34,090 bases of DNA from an uncultured Flavobacteriaceae bacterium (GCA_964601535.1 CAZRNW010000001.1:1-34090); one strand, 5' to 3'. Shown: positions 25,948 to 33,780, counted from the first letter of the stretch. The notes: generated by a model not told the origin, from the letters alone. A program made the numbers and translations.

Positions 25948-26633
25948 ATACTCCAATTATTTCTTTCTAAAGCTTCTAAAGCAAAAGGTATCTTGTTTGA
26001 AGCTTTAATTGCTTCAAACATGAGATTGGCAATTTGTTGTATCTCGGGTTGAGCATGTTTATCAGAACGAAGTTTATAAAAATTAGCCCAAGATCGAAGA
26101 TTCATAATACTAATGCGTTCAGTCATATTATGTTGAGGTAAAATTCCTCTAAAAAATTCTCTTACTCTTTTATATTCATCATTATTAATAATTAAATTTT
26201 CAGATGCTATTTTTGCTTGATTACAAAATATTGAATAGAAATTATTTGCTTCTTCACATATATCATAATATCTTTGAAAAAAATCTTCTCCGTTTTGTTC
26301 AAATTTTTTAATAATATTATCAACATCTTCAGGTAAATCTAAATATTCTATCGGCATTCGACGATAACGAGCTGACATACCACTTGCACTTTGTAACCGA
26401 TGAGTCATTAATTGTCTATCAATAGCTATAGGAAGTTTAAGCCAAAATCGAAAAATAATAGATTCAAAGGGGACTGAATGTTTTTGATCTGCAAGTAAAT
26501 TAATTACTCTTTTAACATCATCATCTGATCTTTTTAATTTAGCTGTTCTTCCTAAACTTGATGTCCATGCAGCTTCAGCAATAGATCTATCGTTTCCCAT
26601 TATATCTTGTAATTCAACTAAAATTTGACTCAT
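25944..26633 (-). CDS. thyX: FAD-dependent thymidylate synthase ThyX
   Basis: The ThyX signature THRLQSASGMSARY fits RHRxxSxxxxSxRY with Thr replacing the first Arg. An upstream HSVPFESIIFRF block is also present. Confidence 0.8.
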   Translation of the reverse strand: MSQILVELQDIMGNDRSIAEAAWTSSLGRTAKLKRSDDDVKRVINLLADQKHSVPFESIIFRFWLKLPIAIDRQLMTHRLQSASGMSARYRRMPIEYLDLPEDVDNIIKKFEQNGEDFFQRYYDICEEANNFYSIFCNQAKIASENLIINNDEYKRVREFFRGILPQHNMTERISIMNLRSWANFYKLRSDKHAQPEIQQIANLMFEAIKASNKIPFALEALERNNWSI

Positions 26634-26854
26634 TAGTATTCATGACCTGTATATTTCATCATTAATTCTTTAAATAATTTATCTTGATATTCTGTTCCTG
26701 ATAGTGTCATACTTAGAAGAGTGGCATGAATGCAATCCATAACGCCTTGACGATAAGCATAATATGCGCTATTTCTATCGTTAGGAAATTCTACTTCAGC
26801 AATTGCTTCAGATATTTGCATTGACATTGTTCTCAATTTATCAAAATCTTTCAT
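26633..26854 (-). CDS. Hypothetical 73-aa protein
   Basis: ATG start, TAATG coupling to thyX, no motif. Confidence 0.45.
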   Translation of the reverse strand: MKDFDKLRTMSMQISEAIAEVEFPNDRNSAYYAYRQGVMDCIHATLLSMTLSGTEYQDKLFKELMMKYTGHEY

Positions 26855-26855
26855 A

Positions 26856-27278
26856 CTATTCCTTTATATATACTCTTTGACCCATAAATTCTTTACAATG
26901 TAAATCATCTATGTACCGATCCGGTTTTGTTTCAATAACGTGCACATATTTTTCAAGTTCCAAAACCTTAACAACTTCCTTGGCCCAAGCTGCCCCACCA
27001 TGACTCCAAACTTTAATCCCAAATCCTCTAAAATAATATTTTTTTAACAAATCAATATGTTTTTGATGAGGACGTAAATAGTAATAGCCTTGTCCGTATG
27101 GACATTTAAATTTTTTATTTTTAGGATTAATTTCATTTCTATCATCTTCCCACATCACCAAAGTATTATCGCAATCAAAAGGAATAATTACCTCAAATGG
27201 TAAATAAATAGGTTTTCTCCTAAAAAAATCTTGAATCTTTCTAAATTGAGCCTTTATATTCAACAATGAACTCCTCAC
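26856..27278 (-). CDS. HAD-superfamily phosphatase (possible nucleotidase)
   Basis: Motif I FDCDNTL (DxDxT), a motif II-like WSHGG, and a later K...DD. The track start is GTG at 27278. TTG at 27266 or 27263 behind the GAGGAG Shine-Dalgarno are alternative starts. Confidence 0.6.
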   Translation of the reverse strand: MRSSLLNIKAQFRKIQDFFRRKPIYLPFEVIIPFDCDNTLVMWEDDRNEINPKNKKFKCPYGQGYYYLRPHQKHIDLLKKYYFRGFGIKVWSHGGAAWAKEVVKVLELEKYVHVIETKPDRYIDDLHCKEFMGQRVYIKE

Positions 27279-27456
27279 TTTCTTCTATAAGTTTATTATC
27301 TTTTGTTCTTAAGATATAAACAGGTTTTAAATCTTCATTGTAAAAACGAGCTGTTATTTCATATATTTCAGTTGCTGTACCTATTCGCACAAGATCGCTA
27401 ATGTAATATTTATGAAGCGGTATTAGGAGCTTTCTTAAAAATTTTCTCACGTTCAA
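27241..27456 (-). CDS. Hypothetical 71-aa protein (uncertain)
   Basis: Only a TTG (27456) or a nearby GTG start is available. It overlaps both neighbours. Its 3' end carries the Shine-Dalgarno for the HAD gene. Confidence 0.3.
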   Translation of the reverse strand: MNVRKFLRKLLIPLHKYYISDLVRIGTATEIYEITARFYNEDLKPVYILRTKDNKLIEESEEFIVEYKGSI

Positions 27457-27661
27457 TCTCTTTGTTAACCTGTGAATTCATAATTTGTTTTTTATAAGCA
27501 CTTTTTTGTTTTAAATGATTATTTTCTTCTTTTAATCTAGCATTTTCATTCATTAAATCTTGAGCTACGCCTTTAGCAAAGGAATTCATAATACTTATTG
27601 ATCGCGTACATATATCTAGTAATAATAATTTTATTTTATTTAGCATTTTTAATTTTTCCAT
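27410..27661 (-). CDS. Hypothetical coiled-coil protein (83 aa)
   Basis: ATG start. The middle looks like a Leu zipper (NENARLKEENNHLKQK). Confidence 0.4.
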   Translation of the reverse strand: MEKLKMLNKIKLLLLDICTRSISIMNSFAKGVAQDLMNENARLKEENNHLKQKSAYKKQIMNSQVNKEIEREKIFKKAPNTAS

Positions 27662-28067
27662 TTTTACGTAATGGTTTTGTTAAAGTATCTTTTATACTCC
27701 ATCCTGATTTTAATCTATAATGAATAGTTTTAGTTGATAGACCCGTTTCTCTAGACCATTCAGCACATGTTTGTCTTTTATTATTAAATTTTAAAAATCT
27801 ATTTGTTGTTCTATTATTAGCTTGTTGTTGTGGAGTTGTCCATCTACAATTATCTGGTGTATATCCTTTATTGTTATTAATTCGATCTAAAGTTAATCCT
27901 TTAGGACATTCTCCCATATCAGCATAAAAATTAAAAAAATTTAACCATCGTTTACAAACTTTAATTTTTTTCTTGTTATATAATTTATAACTATCTTGAG
28001 ATGGATTATTACATCTTTGTATCATTGAATTCCATTTTCTATATGTTAATGTTTCCCAATGTTTCAT
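27636..28067 (-). CDS. HNH_3-type homing endonuclease with a C-terminal helix-turn-helix
   Basis: LTLDRINNNKGYTPDNCRWTTPQQQANN is the HNH_3 signature. CAEWSRETGLSTKTIHYRLKSGWS is the DNA-binding tail. ATGA overlap with the upstream gene. Confidence 0.8.
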   Translation of the reverse strand: MKHWETLTYRKWNSMIQRCNNPSQDSYKLYNKKKIKVCKRWLNFFNFYADMGECPKGLTLDRINNNKGYTPDNCRWTTPQQQANNRTTNRFLKFNNKRQTCAEWSRETGLSTKTIHYRLKSGWSIKDTLTKPLRKNGKIKNAK

Positions 28068-28378
28068 TTCTGATCTTTCCAGCGATCATCAAATTCTGGT
28101 TTATGAACTCTCATATATTCAATCATTGCTGCATTTGCTAATATATGATATGTATGCGGCAACCCCGATTCCGGGTCTAAATCTTCTCCCGCTAAAAAAG
28201 CAAGAGTGTGTCTACCTAATGAGTCTGTAAGTCTAGTGTAACTAAGTCCATTTCGATAATTAAACCTATCATATTTTTGTGCGCCATATGCAAAAGCTTG
28301 AGCCATTCCAAGTATTGCATCTTCTGGAATCATATGTAAGGGCGCCTTACCTTGATCGAATTTTTGTCCTTGACTCAT
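28064..28378 (-). CDS. DUF5664 / MazG-like dNTP diphosphohydrolase N-terminal-domain protein
   Basis: FDQGKAPLHMIP...GAQKYDRFNYRNG...LGRHTLAFLAGEDLDPESGLPHTYH matches the conserved D.GK...L.P / KY / RH / D.ESG..H pattern of this family as I remember it. Confidence 0.65.
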   Translation of the reverse strand: MSQGQKFDQGKAPLHMIPEDAILGMAQAFAYGAQKYDRFNYRNGLSYTRLTDSLGRHTLAFLAGEDLDPESGLPHTYHILANAAMIEYMRVHKPEFDDRWKDQK

Positions 28379-29160
28379 TTTCTAAGTGACTCCCTTTTTT
28401 CTTTTGATAATAAATTAGTTCTTCCTTGTTGATGAGCACCACATTCAATACATCTATAGCGTTGAAATTTTCCAGTTGTTGTAAATCGAACTCCATTTTT
28501 TGCAAATTTTTGACTTCCACAAGAACAAACCATATCTTTATCTTCATGATAAACACTAAAATTAATAGTACTATCCCACGGTATTAATTGATTGTATAAT
28601 TCTTCTAATGCCAAAACATCATGAATATTATATGATTTCATCTGGTTCCAAGCTTGTTTATTACCTAATAAACATTCCTTCCATAAAAGAAATCCAGGGA
28701 ATTTTTCATGTTTTAATTTTTTATATTTTTTATTTAATTTATCAGAAAGATATTCAAGTTTATTAGAAGTAAATGCGAAATGTTTAGTTGCTAAAAGTTT
28801 AGTATCAATTTTCTTATAATCACTTGGAGGTTGCATTCCATTTAGAATAAATCTTGCATTTAATTTTTTTAAATCAAAACGATTTGAATTTTGACCAACA
28901 ACAATATCTGCTTCATCTAATAATTTCCATATAATTTCTAAGATTTTTTTATCATTTTCAATATTTTTTGTATTTCTTTGATCAATATACATTACCTTAT
29001 TTTTTGGTTCTCCATGCCATTTTGCAGCTACTGCTAATATATGCCAATCTTTTTCAATCATGTTTAAAGGTATCGTTTGGTCCCATAATGACCAAACTGA
29101 TGCTAAAATTGGCGAAGTTTCAATATCTAATAATAAAATTCTTGGTTTTATTTTTTTCAT
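28375..29160 (-). CDS. Stand-alone PolB-exonuclease-like (DnaQ fold) 3'-5' exonuclease with a C-terminal zinc ribbon
   Basis: ILLLDIETSP (Exo I), VVGQNSNRFDLKKL (Exo II), YNIHDVLALEELY (Exo III), then CSCGS...CIECGAH. Confidence 0.7.
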   Translation of the reverse strand: MKKIKPRILLLDIETSPILASVWSLWDQTIPLNMIEKDWHILAVAAKWHGEPKNKVMYIDQRNTKNIENDKKILEIIWKLLDEADIVVGQNSNRFDLKKLNARFILNGMQPPSDYKKIDTKLLATKHFAFTSNKLEYLSDKLNKKYKKLKHEKFPGFLLWKECLLGNKQAWNQMKSYNIHDVLALEELYNQLIPWDSTINFSVYHEDKDMVCSCGSQKFAKNGVRFTTTGKFQRYRCIECGAHQQGRTNLLSKEKRESLRK

Positions 29161-29705
29161 ATTAAGTGTTTCTCATAAATATTTTTAATCATTTTAAAAA
29201 ATATTTCTTCAGTTAAAGTGTTTTTAGCATAATTACAATTTTTACAACAAGGACGAACATTAGATAATATATATCCTAAATTATTATTAATCCTATCAAT
29301 TCCGGTATAAGTAAATTGACCATGATGTCTTTTGTAATTCGTACTAATATATGGCAATGAACCACAATAAAAACATTTTTCTCTTGAAAAAGAATCAAAT
29401 TGTTCTAATGTTAATTCAAATAATAGATTTTTCTTTTTGGCCTTCTGTTTATAACTATCAAAAACTTTATTTCTAGATGATAATCCATATTCTTTTGATT
29501 TATATCTAGTTGGATGAATACATCCACAAGATTTTGTAAAATTTTTCATATTTAAACTTCTAGCTTTAATAATACGTTCTTTTCCACAATCACATCTACA
29601 TAACCAATTTATTAGTCTATAACCTAATTTATTATAAGCAGGCTCAACTTCTTTAATTACTGTTAGTTTTCCAAATTTTTTGCCAACTAGATTTTTTCGA
29701 GTCAC
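29157..29705 (-). CDS. HNH_3-type homing endonuclease
   Basis: FGKLTVI...WLCRCDCGKE...SCGC at the N-terminus and GIDRINNNLGYILSNVRPCCKNCNYAKN at the C-terminus. GTG start overlapping the upstream stop (GTGA). Confidence 0.75.
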   Translation of the reverse strand: MTRKNLVGKKFGKLTVIKEVEPAYNKLGYRLINWLCRCDCGKERIIKARSLNMKNFTKSCGCIHPTRYKSKEYGLSSRNKVFDSYKQKAKKKNLLFELTLEQFDSFSREKCFYCGSLPYISTNYKRHHGQFTYTGIDRINNNLGYILSNVRPCCKNCNYAKNTLTEEIFFKMIKNIYEKHLI

Positions 29706-29938
29706 TTATTTCCTTTAGGGTCTTCCCCTTTCTGATTGTATATATCACTATATATCTTATAGTGAATATCCAACATAATCTTCGCTTCATTTATAGCCCA
29801 AAGAACATCGGCTACATCTTTATAATGATTAAACTCATAGAGTTCTGATTGAGCTCTATCTAATTTAGTTAAGATTCCTGGAACATCTTCACAAACCTTT
29901 TTAGCAAAGCTGTATTCATATAAATTATGGACACTCAT
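29702..29938 (-). CDS. Hypothetical 78-aa protein, first gene after promoter P1 (probably leaderless)
   Basis: The ATG at 29938 lies 5 nt after the -10 hexamer with no Shine-Dalgarno. Confidence 0.45.
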   Translation of the reverse strand: MSVHNLYEYSFAKKVCEDVPGILTKLDRAQSELYEFNHYKDVADVLWAINEAKIMLDIHYKIYSDIYNQKGEDPKGNK

Positions 29939-29943
29939 AGGAT

Positions 29944-29972
29944 ATTATACCACATTTTCATACCGTTGTCAA
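29944..29972 (-). promoter_or_regulatory. Consensus sigma70-type promoter P1 (TTGACA-N17-TATAAT, extended -10 TGG)
   Basis: The minus strand reads CGTTGACA ACGGTATGAAAATGTGG TATAAT ATCCT ATG. The -35 is at 29972-29967 and the -10 at 29949-29944. The -35 lies in the last codons (ACG TTG ACA ACG GTA TGA) of the polymerase C-terminal ORF. Confidence 0.7.
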
Positions 29973-30713
29973 CGTTAACAACGCTTGTTCGTTTTTCTTT
30001 AGATGATATTTAGGAAATTTACTCATGTCAAGTAAATTTGATAAGATCTCGGTTGTTTTATATACACGTTCAACATAATGCAGTTTGTTCTCATCCTTCG
30101 ACCAAACTGCGGGGACTTTGAGGACCTCATTCGGGACCATCTTGGGGGCTCCATCTTTATAGAAGACTGGCTCACCTTTTGCATAGGCTTGTATCATCCC
30201 GTCTAAAGCGTTATATACCCAAACTTTATCACCTTCTTGGAGCGTTTGACCTTTTAATGCATCCATTACTTTTGTCTCATTTGTTCGTTCTCCAGTTAAG
30301 ACTTTTTTAGTCACAGTTTTTTTAACCGTCCAGCGATTGATATCCTGGATGTTCATAGCTTCTTTTGTGTATTTCTGGAAAATGGGGACTAATCTTTCAT
30401 AATCAATTCCATAACTTATTAATGAATCTATATATTCTTTTAACATATACTTTAATGCTGGTTCTTTTTTGGTATCTTTAAATGCTGAACCTTTAATTGT
30501 TATTTTTCCATCCTTAACTAATATATAGTTTTTAGCTTTTAATACTATACATTGATCATAATACCCGTCATCATCAAAAATCATAAAATCAGGCATTATT
30601 GAATTTAATTCAATTAATAGTAATTTTCGTTCTTCATTAGAAAACGGAGACATGTTATATTTACAAAAAGAAATACTGTCTGTATCTGTCGGGCCAATAA
30701 TAAAATTATACAT
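29958..30713 (-). CDS. Family B DNA polymerase, C-terminal fragment (motif C onward)
   Basis: FIIGPTDTDSISF is motif C (DTDS) and LKAKNYILV is KxY-like. The ATG overlaps the GIY-YIG stop (ATGTATAA). Confidence 0.8.
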   Translation of the reverse strand: MYNFIIGPTDTDSISFCKYNMSPFSNEERKLLLIELNSIMPDFMIFDDDGYYDQCIVLKAKNYILVKDGKITIKGSAFKDTKKEPALKYMLKEYIDSLISYGIDYERLVPIFQKYTKEAMNIQDINRWTVKKTVTKKVLTGERTNETKVMDALKGQTLQEGDKVWVYNALDGMIQAYAKGEPVFYKDGAPKMVPNEVLKVPAVWSKDENKLHYVERVYKTTEILSNLLDMSKFPKYHLKKNEQALLTLTTV

Positions 30714-31371
30714 AAAAGAACTTAACTCCAGGTCTAGACCATTCTGATCTATTTTTTAAATTATCACAAACCGCTTGAACTGATATATCCCAAAATTTAG
30801 AAGCTGCTATTAATGATTTATGAATTATTCCCATAGAATCTATCACTTTTTTTCGTCGTTTAGTTTGATCAACTCGACCAATAGAATTAACTCTTATAGC
30901 AGTTCTGGACATTTTTCTTTTAGTTTTTTCTGACCATTTTCTAAGTTTTCTTTTTTCAGACATTCGTTGTCTAGTTTCTAATGAGGCCTTCTTCCCGTAA
31001 TTTGGATGATTTTTACCTTTTGGCCATTTTATTTTCTTAAACTTAAATTTAGTTTTTCGACTATGCTTTCGTCCCGCCATCGGAGCTAAGGCATCTTTAG
31101 CTACATTATAAAGAGGAGTTAATGTATTTAAACAAAACTGTTCTAAAATTAATAAATCGTCTTTTTCGCAGTTAATAAAAATTTCAAATATTAGATTATT
31201 TAATCCATATTTATTATAAACTCTTTGTAAAATCGGACTATGATGTTTTTTCTTAAATAAATCCCTTTTATGTACTGATATTCTTTTGTTAATATCAATA
31301 GAACTTCCTATATAAAAATGATTATTAATTTTATTCCTAATAAAATATATTCCAGATATTTTACTCCTCAT
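30706..31371 (-). CDS. I-TevI-like GIY-YIG homing endonuclease inserted in the polymerase gene
   Basis: SGIYFIRNKINNHFYIGSSIDINKRISVHKRDL is the GIY-YIG motif. GKNHPNYGKKASLETRQRMSEKRK is NUMOD3-like. The C-terminal HTH IAASKFWDISVQAVCDNLKN parallels the I-TevI layout. Confidence 0.9.
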   Translation of the reverse strand: MRSKISGIYFIRNKINNHFYIGSSIDINKRISVHKRDLFKKKHHSPILQRVYNKYGLNNLIFEIFINCEKDDLLILEQFCLNTLTPLYNVAKDALAPMAGRKHSRKTKFKFKKIKWPKGKNHPNYGKKASLETRQRMSEKRKLRKWSEKTKRKMSRTAIRVNSIGRVDQTKRRKKVIDSMGIIHKSLIAASKFWDISVQAVCDNLKNRSEWSRPGVKFFYV

Positions 31372-33073
31372 CTGTTGCTCCTGTTTTTTCTTTAAAAATT
31401 TGAAACCAATAATCGGATTTGTATCCAGATGCCCATTCTAATGCTGTATCAATTATTTTTCTAGTTTCATGAGTAATTTTTTCAGCTAATTTAGGACTAT
31501 TGAAATTTAACCCTTGCGTATTACATAGACCATATGCGCTATTAATAAAAATCTTAGCGGTTTGTTCTCTATTCTTATAATAATCATCTTTAGTTTGTTT
31601 ATATAAATCCTTTAATTTGAAACGTTCTTCTGTAAAATATTTTACCATTTTATAAAAATTTGAATTTGGGTCCTTTACTTTATCATGTAATTTAAATCTT
31701 AAAACTTGAGAAGGATATGCCGATTTTAAATCAACTTTTAACATATTTTTATATATACCAGGAACTGCAAATGATATTCCGCCTTGAACATAATCTAATT
31801 GGCTCGCTCTAGGGATACTCTGATCATGTTGTAAATAAGAGCGGATCATAAAACTATTAATCTGTGCCCCTGTTGCACTGTTAATAATTTGCTGAAGTGT
31901 CTTTGGAATAGATTGAGTATAATAGAAAAAGGGGGGGATCATGCGTTCATAGAGTGCCATGGCGTCGTCCGAATCGTCCATCGCATACGCCTTTATTTTT
32001 ACCCGTTCTGATGCTTTATTCCAGTTTTCAGCAATCTTAGAAGCATCATAATGTTGTCTATCTTTTTTTTCTAAACCAAGTTGGGCTATAATAGATTTTA
32101 ATCCATAAGAAGTAAAATTTCGCTCAGCAGCATCGTATTTAATAGATAGAAACATTGTATCGACAATTTCTCTGCCAGCTATAAAACAATTTTGATATGA
32201 ATACGTCTGACTTCCATCTTTTCGGAACTCAGACGTGTATTCGTTAAATTTTATACCCGATTCGTCTCGACCAAGACTAACGTTTTCAAATTTGGTTCTT
32301 GAATAACAATGATTTATATATGGTAAATCGTATGAAAAAATATTGTGACCGCACATAATGCTAGGGTTCATCTTGCGAACCCAAGATGACCAATCTTCTA
32401 TCATGTTAGCGTCATTATTTTCGTAGTCATCTACAGAAAACATTTTCTTTATTGTCTTTCCGTTTTTCTTAAATGTGTTAGAAATAATTAAGACGCGACT
32501 AGTCTGGTCCCGATTTAGTCCTGTTGTTTCTATATCGAACGCGAGAACGGACACGTCCTCTACTTTCATTCCTTTAAAGTACGTTATACCTTCACGAACT
32601 AAGGCTCCTTCTTCTCCACTATAAATTGAAAAAAAGTCTAATTTATAACCCTTCTGTCGAGCAGCATCAAATTCGGAACGAGTATCTACTTCATGAATAT
32701 ATTTATAATATCCATTTCCACGTAAACGACTAAAGCCTTCATAATTCTTCGGCGCCAATAGCCAATATTTGTTCTCCCGAATTTCTGTTTCTATCTTTCC
32801 ATTTATTTCTTTGTGTAAATAAAGAATATTATCATCAACATTAATTGATACTATATTTTCCGTTCTGTCTTTTCCAAAAATAAGATCATTATGACTCTCT
32901 TCTTCGGAACGAATAAATGAGTTCGGAAGAAGAATTTCATCACCTGTATTAAATTTATATAACTTTCCTTCTTTTTGCTCAACTTGTTCTAAAATACTAA
33001 CTTCAGGATCATTAGTAAAAGCTAAAAAATCTTGATACATATCCTTTGAGTCAATAATTGTAATATTATTCAT
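31361..33073 (-). CDS. Family B DNA polymerase, N-terminal fragment (exonuclease domain, motifs A and B)
   Basis: VLAFDIETTGL (Exo I), HNIFSYDLPYI (Exo II), YAMDDSDDAMALY (Exo III), VDLKSAYPSQV (motif A, DxxSLYPS type), KIFINSAYG (motif B, KxxxNSxYG). I prefer the ATG at 33073 to the track's TTG at 33097. Confidence 0.85.
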   Translation of the reverse strand: MNNITIIDSKDMYQDFLAFTNDPEVSILEQVEQKEGKLYKFNTGDEILLPNSFIRSEEESHNDLIFGKDRTENIVSINVDDNILYLHKEINGKIETEIRENKYWLLAPKNYEGFSRLRGNGYYKYIHEVDTRSEFDAARQKGYKLDFFSIYSGEEGALVREGITYFKGMKVEDVSVLAFDIETTGLNRDQTSRVLIISNTFKKNGKTIKKMFSVDDYENNDANMIEDWSSWVRKMNPSIMCGHNIFSYDLPYINHCYSRTKFENVSLGRDESGIKFNEYTSEFRKDGSQTYSYQNCFIAGREIVDTMFLSIKYDAAERNFTSYGLKSIIAQLGLEKKDRQHYDASKIAENWNKASERVKIKAYAMDDSDDAMALYERMIPPFFYYTQSIPKTLQQIINSATGAQINSFMIRSYLQHDQSIPRASQLDYVQGGISFAVPGIYKNMLKVDLKSAYPSQVLRFKLHDKVKDPNSNFYKMVKYFTEERFKLKDLYKQTKDDYYKNREQTAKIFINSAYGLCNTQGLNFNSPKLAEKITHETRKIIDTALEWASGYKSDYWFQIFKEKTGATDEE

Positions 33074-33278
33074 TTTCTTGTTCCCAAATATTTTCAAAAT
33101 ATTTAGTTCCTTCAGGAAATCCCATTTCTTCAGCAGAAGAAAAATTTGTTGATGGAGGTAGCATTCCCATATGTTCTAAACCTTCTAAAATTTCATTAGC
33201 CACCGTTTCATCTAATTGACAATCTTCATAAGTATTGATTAGTTTTGTAAGATAAGTTACCATTTCACTACGTTTCAT
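33066..33278 (-). CDS. Hypothetical 70-aa protein
   Basis: ATG start, ATGA coupling with the upstream gene, no motif. Confidence 0.4.
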   Translation of the reverse strand: MKRSEMVTYLTKLINTYEDCQLDETVANEILEGLEHMGMLPPSTNFSSAEEMGFPEGTKYFENIWEQENE

Positions 33279-33484
33279 AGCTCTCCAATAAATACAAAAA
33301 AGTTTTTAAGAGTTTTATAATATAATCCGTATGTTGCTAACATTTTTTCACTAGAAGAATATTCAATATATTTTTGTCCTAAATAATTAAAAGTTTTTGT
33401 AACTAAAATAATCTTATTCGAAATAGGACAACAATAAATATCGCCACTTTTTATTCTACTATATTTTTTTCTCATTGTACTCAA
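33275..33484 (-). CDS. Hypothetical 69-aa protein
   Basis: The track start is TTG at 33484, with an in-frame ATG at 33475. No motif. Confidence 0.35.
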   Translation of the reverse strand: MSTMRKKYSRIKSGDIYCCPISNKIILVTKTFNYLGQKYIEYSSSEKMLATYGLYYKTLKNFFVFIGEL

Positions 33485-33780
33485 TGAACCTCATCTTCTT
33501 CACTCGGCATCTCAAGTAAGAAATCGGGGATCTCATCTTCAGCTAAAGTTATAGCGGCTATATCTGTTAAATCAACCACTGCTGTAACATCAAATTTATC
33601 ACTATCTTCATATACATTACCCATAAAAACTGCACTATCACTTAATCGAACAATAAAACCTTGATAAATATTAGACATCATAGCTTCACCATCATCGTCA
33701 TTCTTAATAGTTGTTGTTCTAACATGTAGTTGAACCATTTGATTCAAAAAGGATTCAACATCTTCTTTTTTCATATCCAT
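33481..33780 (-). CDS. Hypothetical acidic 99-aa protein
   Basis: ATG start. The acidic C-terminal tail is EDEIPDFLLEMPSEEDEVH. Confidence 0.45.
   Translation of the reverse strand: MDMKKEDVESFLNQMVQLHVRTTTIKNDDDGEAMMSNIYQGFIVRLSDSAVFMGNVYEDSDKFDVTAVVDLTDIAAITLAEDEIPDFLLEMPSEEDEVH

Noticed and set aside
28064-28378. A 2-aminoadenine (Z-genome) pathway, suggested by the DUF5664/MazZ-like domain.
   Set aside because: No PurZ-like (adenylosuccinate-synthetase-like) or HD-type DatZ gene is recognisable in the window. The domain also occurs widely outside Z-genome phages.
29741-29770. TGATATATA, a -10-like element on the minus strand inside ORF 29702..29938.
   Set aside because: There is no -35 hexamer at 16-18 nt spacing (the nearest TTGGAT is 13 or 23 nt away). 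AT-rich coding sequence produces many such hexamers.
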